A stretch of DNA of 60,359 nucleotides, filler included, from Hausera hauseri (Eukaryota), in NCBI GenBank assembly GCA_046269625.1. It is 12 parts of 12 records of this genome, joined end to end, with 100 filler letters (N's around TTAATTAATTAA, not from the genome) between each part and the next. Parts side by side here need not be neighbours in the genome. Positions count along the whole stretch, not along the records: positions 37,422 to 41,389 come from JBJURY010850524.1; positions 41,490 to 45,472 come from JBJURY010840969.1; positions 45,573 to 50,274 come from JBJURY010469245.1; 9 more parts are not named here. The stretch is one strand, 5' to 3'. The notes under the pieces are model-generated. The model saw only the letters and a program-made list of their open reading frames with translations. It searched no databases and was not told the origin of the DNA. Each line of letters opens with the position of its first letter. Position 1 is the first letter of the stretch. The translations under genes and the position numbers were made by a program. Shown piece by piece: positions 37,422 to 50,374 of the stretch.

Positions 37422-39170
37422 CTTAATTCTTTTTTCCCATTGTGTTTTATCTGAAATGAAATGTGCAGCTCTTGACGAGGCCATGGGTTTTCATACTCAT
37501 TATAAAGATGAATGGCTTGTGATCCATGCGGATTGTGAACACATGTCCTTCGAGGAGGTGTATGAAATGTTGGATGCTGAGAATTATAGTTAGTAATTCT
37601 CAGTTAAAAGTTGAGTAGCGTTGCTCTGCGGAATTGAATGTGCGGAAGAAAATTCAATTGGATCATTTTTGCCATCAAATGATTGGATAAGCATAGCGCC
37701 TGCAGCGATTGTGGATGCATCTGTTGTTAAAATAAATGGTGCATCTCGTTTCGGATAGTGTAATGTGGGAATGTGGAGTTATGCCTGTTCAGCCCTGTCT
37801 GTCCAGTTTATTTAAGATTTCTTATGTCCTTGACTTAGACAAGATAGTTGTGACAAGATTTGCAAGTATTGAGGAATGTAGCGATGACAGGTTTTGATCG
37901 TGCCAAGGAAACTACGAAACCCAGTCACGGTGGACAGCTTCGGTATTTATTAGATGGTTCGCATGTAGGTTGTTTTTATTCATTCGGCGAAACACGTGTT
38001 TAAAGTGTGTTTTATAAATCGCTTCATAATGTGATGCAATCAATATTCCGTCTATATATGGAATGGCATAAAGTACGTCTAAGATGACTTGGTCGATGTG
38101 CCTTTGGGATTTTTGACTTGCGTTCCGTAGACCGAATGGCATGCGTAAGTATTCAAATAATCCAAAAGGCGTTATGACGGCTGTTCTTGGAATGCCGTCG
38201 GTGGTGACGGGGATCTGTTGGTATGCTTTTTCCAGATCGATTGTGGTCGAATATGCTGCACCATGTAGGTGATGCAATATGTCAGTTACCAACGGCGTTA
38301 AGTATGAGTCGTGGACGGTGACGTTATTGAGCATTCTTTAGTCACTGCAAGGCCTGTATGAACCGTCTTTTTTGAGTACCATGTGCAGTGATGATGCCCA
38401 TGGCGACGTAGAGCGACGAATGACGGTGTGTTCGTTATTTTTAGCAAATTTTTGAAATTTTGACTTTCTCAAAATTGGTGAATTGACGTCGGGATGATGG
38501 TTCATCTCTAGTTGACGAATTCTTGTTTGTTACAAGTGCCTGTAGGGCAGCGAATATTGTATCAAGCTGATTTTTCTGGGTTACGGTGACGGAGTTGAAG
38601 TTTCCCGTATGTTCGGATTCTGCAGTGTCTTTAATATACTCGCGTATGCGACCAACTTTCGATTCCATATAGCACAAGTACCGCCTGGATTTGACTGGGC
38701 AAACTACTAAGGAAGTAGCGCCGTAGTATGTGTTTGTTATTTGTGCAGTCAAACTCAGTATTACCTAAGTCGGTACGTAGGTTCTGTAGCAGAGCAGGTT
38801 TCATATTTCCTGTCTGTCGCTTGGTGAAGATCAGGTTGAATTAGTTTTGTTGTGATGGCAGATATGCTTTGCATATGGCTGCTTTGATTTTGTCAATCGG
38901 CTTTTTATTTCACAGTAATGCGTCGAGATCCGTTATAACTGCGAGCGTTGTTGGCTGTAGGTACTGAATCAATGTTAGGGCCTTGTTTAACAGACCATTG
39001 ATGATGCATTGAGTAGCCAACGTCTCGAATACGTGGAACCATTTCAATGGCGTTCCCTATGAACCTATGAAAAAGGTTGGACACGGATGTTTGGGGGTTT
39101 GGCTGGAGCTGCTGAAGTGCATTTGTGTCAGCACCTCCTTTTCGTTTAGGAGTCGCAAGTATAGTTTTAT
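37422..39170 (-). mobile_element. Decayed Ty3/gypsy element (gag directly followed by RT-RH; protease region apparently deleted)
   Basis: RT IDLEKAYQQIP, TPFGLFEYLRMPFGLRNA, YIDG; RH TTDAS, DHKP; gag remnants (KWFHVFE, KPALLQNL). Confidence 0.82.
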
Positions 39171-40116
39171 TTTCTTGAAAAATTGTTGATATTACATAAT
39201 CTTTTTATGCAATATTTTTCTATTGTAGGAAAATGTGTTCTGGATATTGTTGGTTCAGTGTTTCTAACATTCCCATAACGGTTGTTGTGGTTAGAAAGCG
39301 ATGAGTTTAATGATGTGCACATTTTATACAAAAGTTACAGTTCATACGACTTGTTGTCGGCCGGTGTTTTATTGCAATCGTGAACTTTGTCAGAATGACA
39401 GTTGTGTGCACCGGTAACTGGCAGAATCGAACAGCCTGTGCTCGTCTCCATTCCTGTAGTGATCGTCGAGACGAGCTCTTGCCAGATGATGTTGAATTTC
39501 AACCGGGAGATTGGTGAGATCCAGTGTAAAACGGTTTCGCACGAGTAGCTCCCGTACCGTGCAGAAATCCAAGTAAGAACAGTACGGTTTGGGCCGTCGG
39601 TCTGCTCGGCGTTGTCGTCTCCGCGGCTCGACGCCTCGCGGATTCGCAGGTCGGCTGTTTTTTGTAGCAGGTTCACCAGGTGAACTAGTGCCATCAGTCA
39701 GTATGACTGCTACAGCGGGCGCTGGTCGGGGAATTTTTGGTATTCGGTACTTAGTTGTAAGATGCATATTTTTCTGGCGATCGGCTCATCAGATCTGGTC
39801 GTTGTCTGTGTTCGGCTCGCTGCAGGCCTTTCGTTGCTGAGCATTTCACCTTGTCTCTTATTTACATTTTGTGTGAGCAGAATTCTCTGTTTTTTTCCCG
39901 CTGGTGGTTTCGCAGGTAGCTTCTTCTTCGAGTATTTTCGGAGATTTTTCGTATTATTGTATTAATGATTTTGACAATGAATGATTTTTTTTAAAACCTT
40001 AACTGATTTTTTGATCTGTGGATTTAAACAAACGGGTTTTCATAAATTTTGTAATGTCGTCAGTTTGGGCGACAACAGATGTAAAACAGTTTTTTTAATG
40101 CATCAGGAATATTTAA

Positions 40117-40620
40117 ATGTACTTTCCATGTAATGTTAGGCAGTCTGTTGAAAAAAGAAGTCAGATGATGATCCTCAAGGAAGAGGGATATACATTACGT
40201 GAAATTGCAGACAGACGGTATTGCATTAATGCGTCTGTGTATTACCATTTGAAAAAATGTAGTGAGAAAGGGACATTTTTGACTACAACCCGCAGTGGAA
40301 GACCAAGAAAAACAAGTTTACGTGATAATAATATGATCAAAAGGTTATGCGTAAATAATCCATTTTACTCTTCCGCTGGAATTAAATCCGAATTACCTTC
40401 AATTAATGTTAGCTCGAGGACTATTCGACGAAGATTAAAAGAAAAATTTTACCTTCGAGTCTAAAGACCCTCAACGAAGCCAATGCTTTGAAATAAGAAT
40501 GTTGTTAACAGTATAGCATTTTGCCATAAATATTCTCACTATACTCATGAAAAGTGGAGTTCAGTGTTATTTTCTGATGAATCAACCTTTTATTTGTTTC
40601 AATCAAAATTAATCAATTTT
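40117..40620 (+). mobile_element. Tc1-type transposase N-terminal fragment
   Basis: GYTLREIA, RSGRPRKTS.RD, VSSRTIRRRL, W.SVLFSDES.F. Confidence 0.88.
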
Positions 40621-42944
40621 CGAGAGAAGCGCAATTTTTGTAATCGAAGAAATTTAAATATTCCCAAACTCATTTATGTACCGACTGTCGTTCAACTGAA
40701 AATTGATAGTTTCATGGCCAAGCTCGAACAGTGTAATATTTTATTTATGTCCGAGTTAAAGGGAGTAGTTCAAAACACTTAAATGCCTTCGAAATGCTCG
40801 AGAATGAATTTTATTATAAATTTCAGATTTCAAATCAGGGATTTTAAAGATCATTAAGAAATCATCATCATCACAACCATAGGACGTCTTGGTTCAATAT
40901 TCAGAAGGCATCGAATGCCAGCCCGTACAGTTGTCGGATCATAATAAGTAGTTATCGAATATCTGGATAACTGTATTAATTCAATGAGTTTAACTTTACT
41001 TCTACGAAAATATTTATTATCTCGAGATATTTTTAGAGGACCTAACAACGTATTTTTCCCAAAATATTTTTATTTCAATCTTTCGATTAACATCGAATAA
41101 TTCAAAAATATTCTTTTATCATATTTAGTAACAACGTTTTTGTTAAATTCCATGTTTTTATTGGACAAAAAAAAAAGGCCTTAACTTGGTTTAATTGTCT
41201 TGTGTCTTTATGATTTTGTGTCCCTGCCTTTGGTATCGTAACTTAAGTGGTTTTTCTCTATAGTTGTCTATCTGTAGTTCTCTGAGCGGTTTTTTTTTAA
41301 TATATCTTTCTTTGTTGTCTGTTCAGCGCAATGTACGTTTACCTCTGTTTTAATTTTTTTCAGTTTTTTCTTTGAATCTTCCCTTCAGANNNNNNNNNNN
41401 NNNNNNNNNNNNNNNNNNNNNNNNNNNNNNNNNTTAATTAATTAANNNNNNNNNNNNNNNNNNNNNNNNNNNNNNNNNNNNNNNNNNNNTCAGAGATGGC
41501 ACTAGCAGTCTTCCAACTTCCTTCTCTTCAACTGGGGTGGAAGAGAAGCATTGTGAGTTCCTTAAATGGTGGGATGCATCATAGCCAAATACAAGCCAAA
41601 TTCATTTCAGGAAGGTGACAGCTTCATCTGCATGCATACAAAAAGATTATTTTCAAACCAAGAGTTAATACTTGCAGTAAAGGAAATGTTAAAGCAAGCA
41701 AGCAGACAGTAGTTTATGTTACATATCGACACCACCAAAAGTGTGCATTAAAGTTATTGCTTGCCGTACGAGGAAAAAGCCCATCTATATCCTGTGTAAG
41801 TATCCCAGGATTTCATCCCGCAGAAGTGAAACCAGTAGTTGAGGTAAGTAGATTTAGAATTATTTGAACGAGTAGCTTCACTTAATTTACAGTTAATGGT
41901 GCCATCTAATATCGACTGCATAACTGATCATCATTATCGATTTGTTATAAAATGAAATTAGCTCTTAATGTACTTAGAATAAAGCTGGCTATTAGATAGT
42001 TTAATATGGATAATCCCAGGGTTCCAAATTCGTACATATGACGATTCTATTAGGATGCGCAATTGTCGATGCAAAAGGTCAATGTGGTCGAATTCCTATT
42101 CAAGTGGAGATTTGATCCATTTCTATTAATAATTGCGCATCCAAATATTAGCGCGATCTGCGTGAATTTAGTATCACTAGATTTTCCTCGTTGCAGATTA
42201 TCAAATTACCTGATGGTCGATACAACCACGACGACATGTCATCTCGATGCGTAAAATTAGTTTACAACAGATCTACATCACAATAAAACTTTGACAAACA
42301 TTCCCTCCAGATAAGATCATTTCATTCTACCTTGGATTAATTACCCTTAATCAAATATTGAAATGCTCCAAAAATCCCGCAATACACCTTTATACCAACT
42401 GCAAGGATACCCAACAGTTGTATCAGGACTAACCTCATGCTCAAAGTTCTGAATATCTGAATTATAACTCTCCCTAACTGATATGTTAACTTGCTGTCGT
42501 ATTTACTCTTTATGAAATGTTTTGCTAACTTTTACTCCATTAAATTCTATATCGTGGGAAATTTTTTTAACTTTTGAAATTTGCTTCAAGGTTATCCGCG
42601 TGATGTTTTTAATAATTTTATAAATACCATCACGCTTTTGCAAGATATTAATCACAATTGGATGCATATTATTTTTCTGCATAGGATGCTTTACTCAAAT
42701 TCGCCTTAGTCCACAATTTAACAGACGTTTCGCGAAAATCTCTCCCGGGAGAATTTTTTCGAAACTTACATACGGAAGCTACAGTATCTTTCTACGACGC
42801 CGTCACTCTGATTTTATGGTTTCGCCAAATTTCAACTACATCAAGAGTTACTTTTATCTTACCACAAATAGATAGTGGTGATTGATTGGACAGTCGGGCT
42901 CAAATTGTACTGTTGCATATGTGACTAACTGTATAGATAACTCT

Positions 42945-45343
42945 AGGTGTAGAGGAATGCGGGGTAAGTTGGTGGGTATAACAAAATGACCAAAGTACTC
43001 AAAATGACCAGTAAAATGCCCAAATGATAAGTTATAGCCTAGCCTATTAAAACAAAAACAACTGCTTAGAGTTGTACTGACGGAGGTATATTTTATTTTA
43101 AAGCATTTAAAAATTCCAATTGGGGAAAGTTGGTAGATTCATGACGATAAAAAAGAAACAAACAATAACAGAGTTTACTAATCTAATCAAGCAGAATTTA
43201 TCAAACTGTCAAACTATTTACAATTGTCACACGTAAAACATTTCTTATTTTCCATTTTAGCAAAATCTGCGCAAGCCTAACCACTGTAGCTCCGTCATTC
43301 GAACCATGTCACACCCGATTCGTAGTAAGGAAATTTACAATAAAGACACGGTTTGCGATCATCGCTGGCCTTGTCAATTGATAGACGTAGAAAGGCCCTC
43401 TTCTGTACAGATTGGGCAATTTTCTTCGCTGGTCCGGACGATATGTCACATTTCTTGCTCGCAATTCCTTTTTTTATCTGCTTATTCAGCATTTTTGAAT
43501 GGCGAAGCTGTCAATATCTGCGAACGAATACCTTGACGTTTCATAACTGCCGATCTTCTCGATGACTTTGCTTCCGATGGGTTCGGATGCACCTGAACAG
43601 GTGTCACAACTGTTGTAGACTGTTCGCCTACAACTGATTGTGTACACGGTGTTTGAACTATCGGTCACCGACACCGTCAATGGAATCATCAGTTTTAATG
43701 GACGAGGAAGTAGCAACAGTCAACGTGGTATTGGAATCAGTTTCTATACTTGGTGACAATAGTGGATCGACAACAGCACCTGAAGTCAAAGTATGATCGG
43801 AATCTTCGACCCCAGCGGATGAAGAATCATTAGAAGCATATCTGTTAGCGGAATCCTCATTGGCTGAGGCGGATGTTTCAGATGTCGATTGTTTACGATC
43901 ACTGGTCGCTGCATCACTGAAATCAGCATCAGAAAAGACATTTCTGTCAAATGGATAAATTCCTGATGACCGAAAACCTGCTACCGCAAATACCATGGTA
44001 TCAGACATTTAATAGGCACCGTTGGCGATGCAGGCCACATGATGCACTGTAATTGATTGACCTCTATGGCTGACAATCCAGATATCAGATGTAGTATGTT
44101 TTCAGTGGGCCAAAGTAGCTGATGTGCAGTGATTGGAGTCGATGAGTGCAGTGAGGTGGAATGCTGACCATGACAATGTCCTTCTCTCGACAAAACTCAA
44201 TCACAGGCAGGTTAATGTGCGATGAGTAGTTGTCTAAGATGAGCACAATTCGATCCTCTTTTCTGGGTCTTGTGTAGTCGGCTACATGATTGACATATTG
44301 TAGAATGGTATCTGCCGTCATCCAGCCTATGTCTGTTGCAATGTTAATGGACTCAACAGGTGCTCCAATCATAAGCTCCTTCTTATCGTCTTCCTGGAAT
44401 AGAGGAGTGCAGGTGTGATGAACGAACCTCCTGCGTTCAACAACAAATAAATGTTTTTTTTACCTGGATCTGCACTGGTAACGTTCAGCACTCTCTTGGC
44501 GCCCTCTGTTGCAACAATTTTCGGAAGTTTTGTAGGAACTGTTCAAAGTCCCGATTCATCACAGTTGTAGATACGGTTAGGACTAAATTTATACTTATCA
44601 TAAACTTCTAATAGGACATCATAGGACTTCTGAATCTGTAGTCTGTTGAAGCCAATAACTCTACCCATACGTGTTGGTTCTGCAGCTCTTACACTCAAAT
44701 TTGGATGACGAAAAATAAATCCATGAAACCAATAATTACCAGCTTTCTTCAATTTTCTACAAACATGTGATCAAGTTTGTTTCGCTGGGCCAGCTCAAAC
44801 GCAAAAAAGAACAAACTTGCTATTTCGTCATACCAAAACCATGAACTGATATCTCCACTAAATATTCGCATAGTTTTCCTTCTAATTCATTTGAAAATAC
44901 ATGCACCACCATGCACAGACAATTTTTCGCAAGGAATCTTCATATAACGCCGGAGTGTGGTTTCTGGCACGTAGTTCTCGTCATCTCATCCGCTGTTTCG
45001 GTCGTGGTCTTAATATTGTATAGATTTTCTAGAAGATTGTTGTCATTTTTGGCAAACAGGAGCATTTTAATTTTTTGTTTACTCGTTCTTTTCAACTTTA
45101 CCGCCATTCCTCACCTTGGTTTTGGAATCGGGACTTCGTCCAGTTGTACCGGAATTGGCTGTTGTGTTAATATTGTGCAAGGAATCTTCATATAACGCCG
45201 GAGTGTGGTTTCTGGCACGTTGTATGTTCGACTGGCTTGACTCGTATCCATGTTCCCCTTCTTTAGATCGTCAATAACAGCAACTAATGCTTCTCGATTA
45301 CTCTCTCATTCATGATTTGTTTTTTAATATAATTCCGCACCAT
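42945..45343 (-). mobile_element. pogo/Tigger-like DNA transposon (psq/CENP-B HTH, DDE_1, C-terminal PHD-like), decayed
   Basis: ASRTYNVPETTLRR; W..GF..RHP.LSVR; IYNCDESG; LILDN.SSH; IPPHCTHRLQ.L...FGPLK; SGIYPF; C..C near 43330; TIR-like GGGGTAAGTTGG at about 42961. Confidence 0.85.
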
Positions 45344-45572
45344 GATTCTGTTATAAACAGCTATTAGATTCTAATACAACACTGCAATAAAATAAAATAC
45401 AAGTTAATAAATGATAAAAGTTAATAATTAGGTTAAATTAATAATAATAATGCAAGTCAATATAAGTTATTANNNNNNNNNNNNNNNNNNNNNNNNNNNN
45501 NNNNNNNNNNNNNNNNTTAATTAATTAANNNNNNNNNNNNNNNNNNNNNNNNNNNNNNNNNNNNNNNNNNNN

Positions 45573-47555
45573 ACTTCAACATTGTTTATAGATGTAGATG
45601 CCACAGGTAGGTACATTGGATTATCGAGCTTGACAGTGACATTGTCACCTGCAGTATACTTGATACTTTGCGGATAAATTGCATGGAGTAGCGGTACAGG
45701 TACTCCACCGACCAAAATCGGTTCGGCGACGTCCACGTAAATGTACATTTGACGTAGACCAGTTTTCAGTTTGAGTTTAAATGTTGCAACATGTGCTGCC
45801 ACCGCCGTCGACGCCTCAAATCGCTGTTTTTCAAAATCCAATACCATGGTCAAAGTTTTGTTCAATGAAATATCGACAATATGCTTAGCCAGTTCAAATT
45901 TAATGTACCCATTTGCATCTGACTCGAAAACTTTAAACATCGCCTTGTACTTTCGATTTAAAGAAAAGTGTTGACAGAGATGTGCTACAGATTGGACCAA
46001 CTACATATTCACTTTTAATATGTTTATCTTTGTACTCTGAATTTTTGAATTCAAATTTCTGCGCCATATCAGAGGTCTCAAAGGCAAAAGTAAATTCAAA
46101 ATCTGTCATAAAATGTAAGTTTTGATATACAATAAAAACACCGATTTTACCGTGTGAACCGTAATTTGCTTCGGTCGTGAAAATGGCCGATTCTCCAACT
46201 GCTATTTCATTGTTATTAAGAGTCAGAGGACAAGAATGTGTTTTAGTTTCAGTAACAGTCTTGTTGTACGTTATTTTTATATTACCTTTCAATATCACCA
46301 GTGCTTAGGGAAAGTTAAATTCCGTCAGTGCAACCTCCCGTTTTCCAGATAAATCCAAAGGATTGCTCCAATCTACAACGTATTCACTGGCGGAATTGTT
46401 CAAACAAACCGTCGGACAACTGTTGCTCGGCAACATCATGTAAATACTCATTTACAATGATGTCAATAATCATTATGCAGTTTGTTTATTATCGGCGACG
46501 ACGAAAATGTAGCATCAAATGTGTCTTGGCTCCGAACAGAAATTTAATGGGTTCCCAAAATTCATCAAGCATATACACGGGAATACTGTGCACAATATTA
46601 TGAGATAATGATAAGTACATGGGCCTGAGAATATTAACGTAAACAGTTTTATCCGATGTTTTGTACGTGTCAGAATCCAGTTCGACAGAAGCCAGTAATT
46701 GTTTACGTTCTCCACCAACTAGTACGGATTCGGTTATGTCCGTTAGAATGTTGATTCTATGAAATGCTCCATGGAGTTGCGATTTGTATTTGGCAACAAT
46801 AGATCGTCCGACAACGTTTTAATAGAATTCGCGTTTTGAAAAACACAAATTCCAAGCCAATAATTGATCAAAGGCTAAATATGCAACATTGTCATGTAGT
46901 ATAACCGAAATATGACCACCTGCGTTTATTTCACATGTCTTTACGGCGGTAAAAGCCATTTCTTGACGTACTCAAACAATTCCAGTTCCGTTTCCATTAA
47001 TAAATCGTTTGATATAATATATGAGAGGAAGACTGATTATGACTTAGTCCACTTTACTATAATATCGGATTCCGCATCGGATGAAAGGTTCAATTTTTCA
47101 CCAATTATAACATGTCCACCTAGCCGTAGACGTTTTGAGTGTACATTGACTGATTGAAAACCCCATGTCTGAGCATTAGCTATAGAATTAAACTGTATTT
47201 CCATGGGATTTCAATGCATTAGATTCATACGGTAGTTTGAAAAGTAAGCATAAACCGAAAAATTTTCTCGAGAATAATTGCGAAGAGTATATCGGTTATT
47301 GTGTCGGATTGTCTACAAACGACTTGAAATAGGGTACGTTTCTTCTCGGGTAAAGTAAATACTACTGTTCTGACGTATTGTCATTGATGAAAATGTAAAT
47401 GTGAATTCCGTCAAAGCCACTTCTCAGGATTCATGGCGTAAATCGACCGGTTGGTCCAAGTGTATGGTAAACTGTTTAGCGGTATTGTCATTATCGTCAT
47501 GTTGTGATAATGATCTTTTATTGTCAAGTACCAAGTAAATTCGGCTGCTGCTCAT
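45573..47555 (-). pseudogene. Polinton penton (minor capsid) with long central region, frameshifted
   Basis: N-terminus MSSSRIYLVL...NTAKQFTIHLDQPVDL....EVALTEF; C-terminus MYIYVDVAEPILVGGV.VPLL...YLPV. Confidence 0.7.
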
Positions 47556-47559
47556 TGAA

Positions 47560-48600
47560 TTTGTAATGCAGAACTCCAATTTGGTGCAGTGTATCCGTGC
47601 CACTTACGAGATATTGTTTATTCTAAACTTTGCCATATGAACGTAGAATTTCTTTAATACGATATACATCCGGTTTCTCGGGCAGTACTTGCAGTTCCCC
47701 TTTGTAGAATTAACCGCGTATTTCTTTACCGTTTTCATCCTCTAAAACGCACATGAATGGTGTTTGTTTTGTGTTTATTGCCGAAATGCGGAAAATCTTC
47801 TCTCCATTTCTGATTGAAATTTTAATGAATGGCGTCGTACTTATTTTCGAAATACTTACGTAACCACCGATTTTATATTTTTGGTGTTTAATTGCCTGTC
47901 TTTGTCGTTGTGGTGTTTGGTTTTGATAAAGCCATATGTCCAAATCATCGATTACGTCAACCGGTCGTAATCCATTGATTCCAGGGTGTGTCTAATGATT
48001 GTATGCATAAATAATATCCGGCAGTACATCCATCCTGCGCTTGTTGCCCTGCTTCGTAAAGAATTTGTATAGGCGACCGCGCAATGTTCGATTAAATCGT
48101 TCAACGAGTGCAACCTTGTATTGCAAAACACCGAGTAATGGTTTAAGGCGAACCGTTTCAAGACCACTGCAACGTTGGCGTTGTAGAATTCCTTACCTAA
48201 GTCCGTTTGTAAATGCTTTGGCTGTTGTTGTTGTTGTATCAGTGTCTGAACAGCGTCGGCAATCTCTTTATCGGATTTAGGTTTCACGGCAACTGCACGT
48301 GCAAAACGACTAAACACATCAACGCATGCAAGCACGTACCGGTACCCATAGTTGATGCTGGCGTACGGAATCATTTCCATCAGATCCATTTGCCATATAT
48401 TATTTACATCTTCAGCACGGTATGCATCAGTTGGAAACCGCTTTCTTATCAGTTTGTTTAGGCTGTATGCTAACTGTTTCCCGAGCCAACGTTGGGTCTG
48501 TTGCCAAGTCGCTTTGACAGTCTTTGCCACTTTGTCGATGCCAGTATACCCGAGGGGATGACGCGGGTTAAACGACACGTCGCTCATCGTTGTCATCAAT
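47560..48600 (-). pseudogene. Polinton retroviral-like (rve) integrase with chromodomain remnant
   Basis: WQMDLMEM, YVLACVDVFSRFA, LQTDLGKEFYN, G.FYKGELQ, KWHGY. Confidence 0.9.
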
Positions 48601-48718
48601 AGTGTCGGTTTTACTTGCATTACAATAATTAGAACAAAACGTAAATGAAAGATTCGGTAAACTGGGACAGAAAGATGAAAACCATGCACCCATATCGCAA
48701 ATCACCATATACTTACCG

Positions 48719-49018
48719 TCATTGTTTATACAATGCTGTAGAATTAATGAGTCCACACAGTAATGACGTTACAATCGATAGAATTGCAACAAGAAATCCT
48801 CCGTCTTGCTGGTACATGACCTCTCGTTTCAGTCGTTTACTACGGGCGATGGCAAGGCCAATGAGTCGTTTTCTATACTTTAGTAAATTCCGCTTTCCAC
48901 TATCAATGTCAATGTGATCTACAACGATATTGTAAAAAATTTCCAAGAAATCGTCTACTAAAAATTGTGGGAATGATTGCATTGTGTTTCGCTTATGTCT
49001 AGTAGGTGCCTTAAGCAA
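48719..49018 (-). CDS. Small Polinton protein with C-terminal GGFL motif (putative core protein)
   Basis: EIFYNIV...KR..MYQQDGGFLVAILSIV, located between ATPase and integrase. Confidence 0.6.
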   Translation of the reverse strand: MLKAPTRHKRNTMQSFPQFLVDDFLEIFYNIVVDHIDIDSGKRNLLKYRKRLIGLAIARSKRLKREVMYQQDGGFLVAILSIVTSLLCGLINSTALYKQ

Positions 49019-49289
49019 AGCAATAAAGTACGGATGACTACTTTTGAATTACATTTTTGGACGTATTGATGTTGATGAGACGTAGTTGTTTATAACCGTT
49101 GCCACTGTGACAGTAATTTGCGTCTAGCTGCTGCTGTTTTTGTTCGACGAAACATAGAATTGATTAATCGCTTGACTGTAGCGGTGGTTCGTTTTGATAC
49201 ACGTTTCTTGCCACCGGACAACCGCTTGGTAGGTTTACGTTTAACAACTGTTTTTCGGAAATTCTTTATTTTATCACAATTATGTCGTC

Positions 49290-49960
49290 GATTTGGAATT
49301 TGTTTATAGACATATACACCACCTTTCTGATTGAAAATGTCTGTTCGTACACGCATGTCATCGGGACACTGTTGTGTAAATTCAATAAACAGATAACCAT
49401 GCGGTTTGTTTGTAGCATCATGATATGCATCTATCAAGTAGGCTGGATTGGGAGGAAATGCTTGTCGTGCAACTTAATCAATGATAGTCTGGTCACGGGG
49501 ATTTTTGAACAATACCAAATAGTGTACGTTTAGATGCTGTCCGCCCTGATGGAACAAGTTTTGCGTAATGAAAATAACCGTTACACCACGGTACTATGCA
49601 ATTTTCTTGAGCAGGTTGCTGAAGTCGGTTTGTTTCGTTACCTCTTGAAATAAATCGTCAATGACAATAACGCCACCGTTGCGTAATTGTTCAGATCAGT
49701 TCTCATCAAACCCATCAAATAGCGTTATTGATTTCAGTTTACAAAATTCCCTATGAGCCAAATCGTACTCTCAATCATCACCAACACCCTGATGCCAGTA
49801 CATATGATTATACCGCGGTAAATGGAATGTGTCACGGTAGTTCTGCAATAGTTTACACACAAAGTACGTTGTTCCACTTCCACCGGGGCCTACAATCTGG
49901 AAAATGGCATCATTCTGCAGCTTTATCTAATAATAGTAATACAACCTTTCCTTTCCATAT
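49290..49960 (-). pseudogene. A32/FtsK-type packaging ATPase
   Basis: Walker A VGPGGSGTT (K to T), Walker B VIVIDDL, ITQNLF, Y.VLFKNPRD, AY.DAT.KPHGYLF...R.RTDIF. Confidence 0.88.
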
Positions 49961-50021
49961 GATTTGTATATAATCGTGTTACACGCATATAAATAGCTAT
50001 AGTATAAACACTGTCTCCATA

Positions 50022-50274
50022 ATGTTAGCTAATATCAACTATCTCGGACATGTTACCGAATGTGACATTAACACACTATCTTTTAATCAATGGAAGCCGA
50101 ATCAGTATGTCCTCAAGTGTCCAACGGATTTTACATGTATCGTATTTCAATCGGGAAAGTGTCGTATTATGGGTTGTCGCAAACAAATCACAACTGATAA
50201 ACTACTACCATTCGGAATTGTCATTGACCAAATTCAATCAATAACGGTAACGACTCAGTTAGACTACCAAACAA
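50022..50274 (+). CDS. Divergent TATA-binding-protein-like ORF (3' truncated by contig end)
   Basis: TCIVFQSGKCRIMGCR matches the TBP repeat TALIFSSGKMVCTGAK; ANIN and IQSITVT resemble the first strands of the two TBP repeats. Confidence 0.65.
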
Positions 50275-50374
50275 NNNNNNNNNNNNNNNNNNNNNNNNNN
50301 NNNNNNNNNNNNNNNNNNTTAATTAATTAANNNNNNNNNNNNNNNNNNNNNNNNNNNNNNNNNNNNNNNNNNNN

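Larger units (their letters stand above)
45573..50274 (-). mobile_element. Polinton/Maverick (adintovirus-like) segment: ATPase, small basic/GGF proteins, integrase, penton
   Basis: Co-oriented characteristic genes (see sub-features). Confidence 0.88.
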
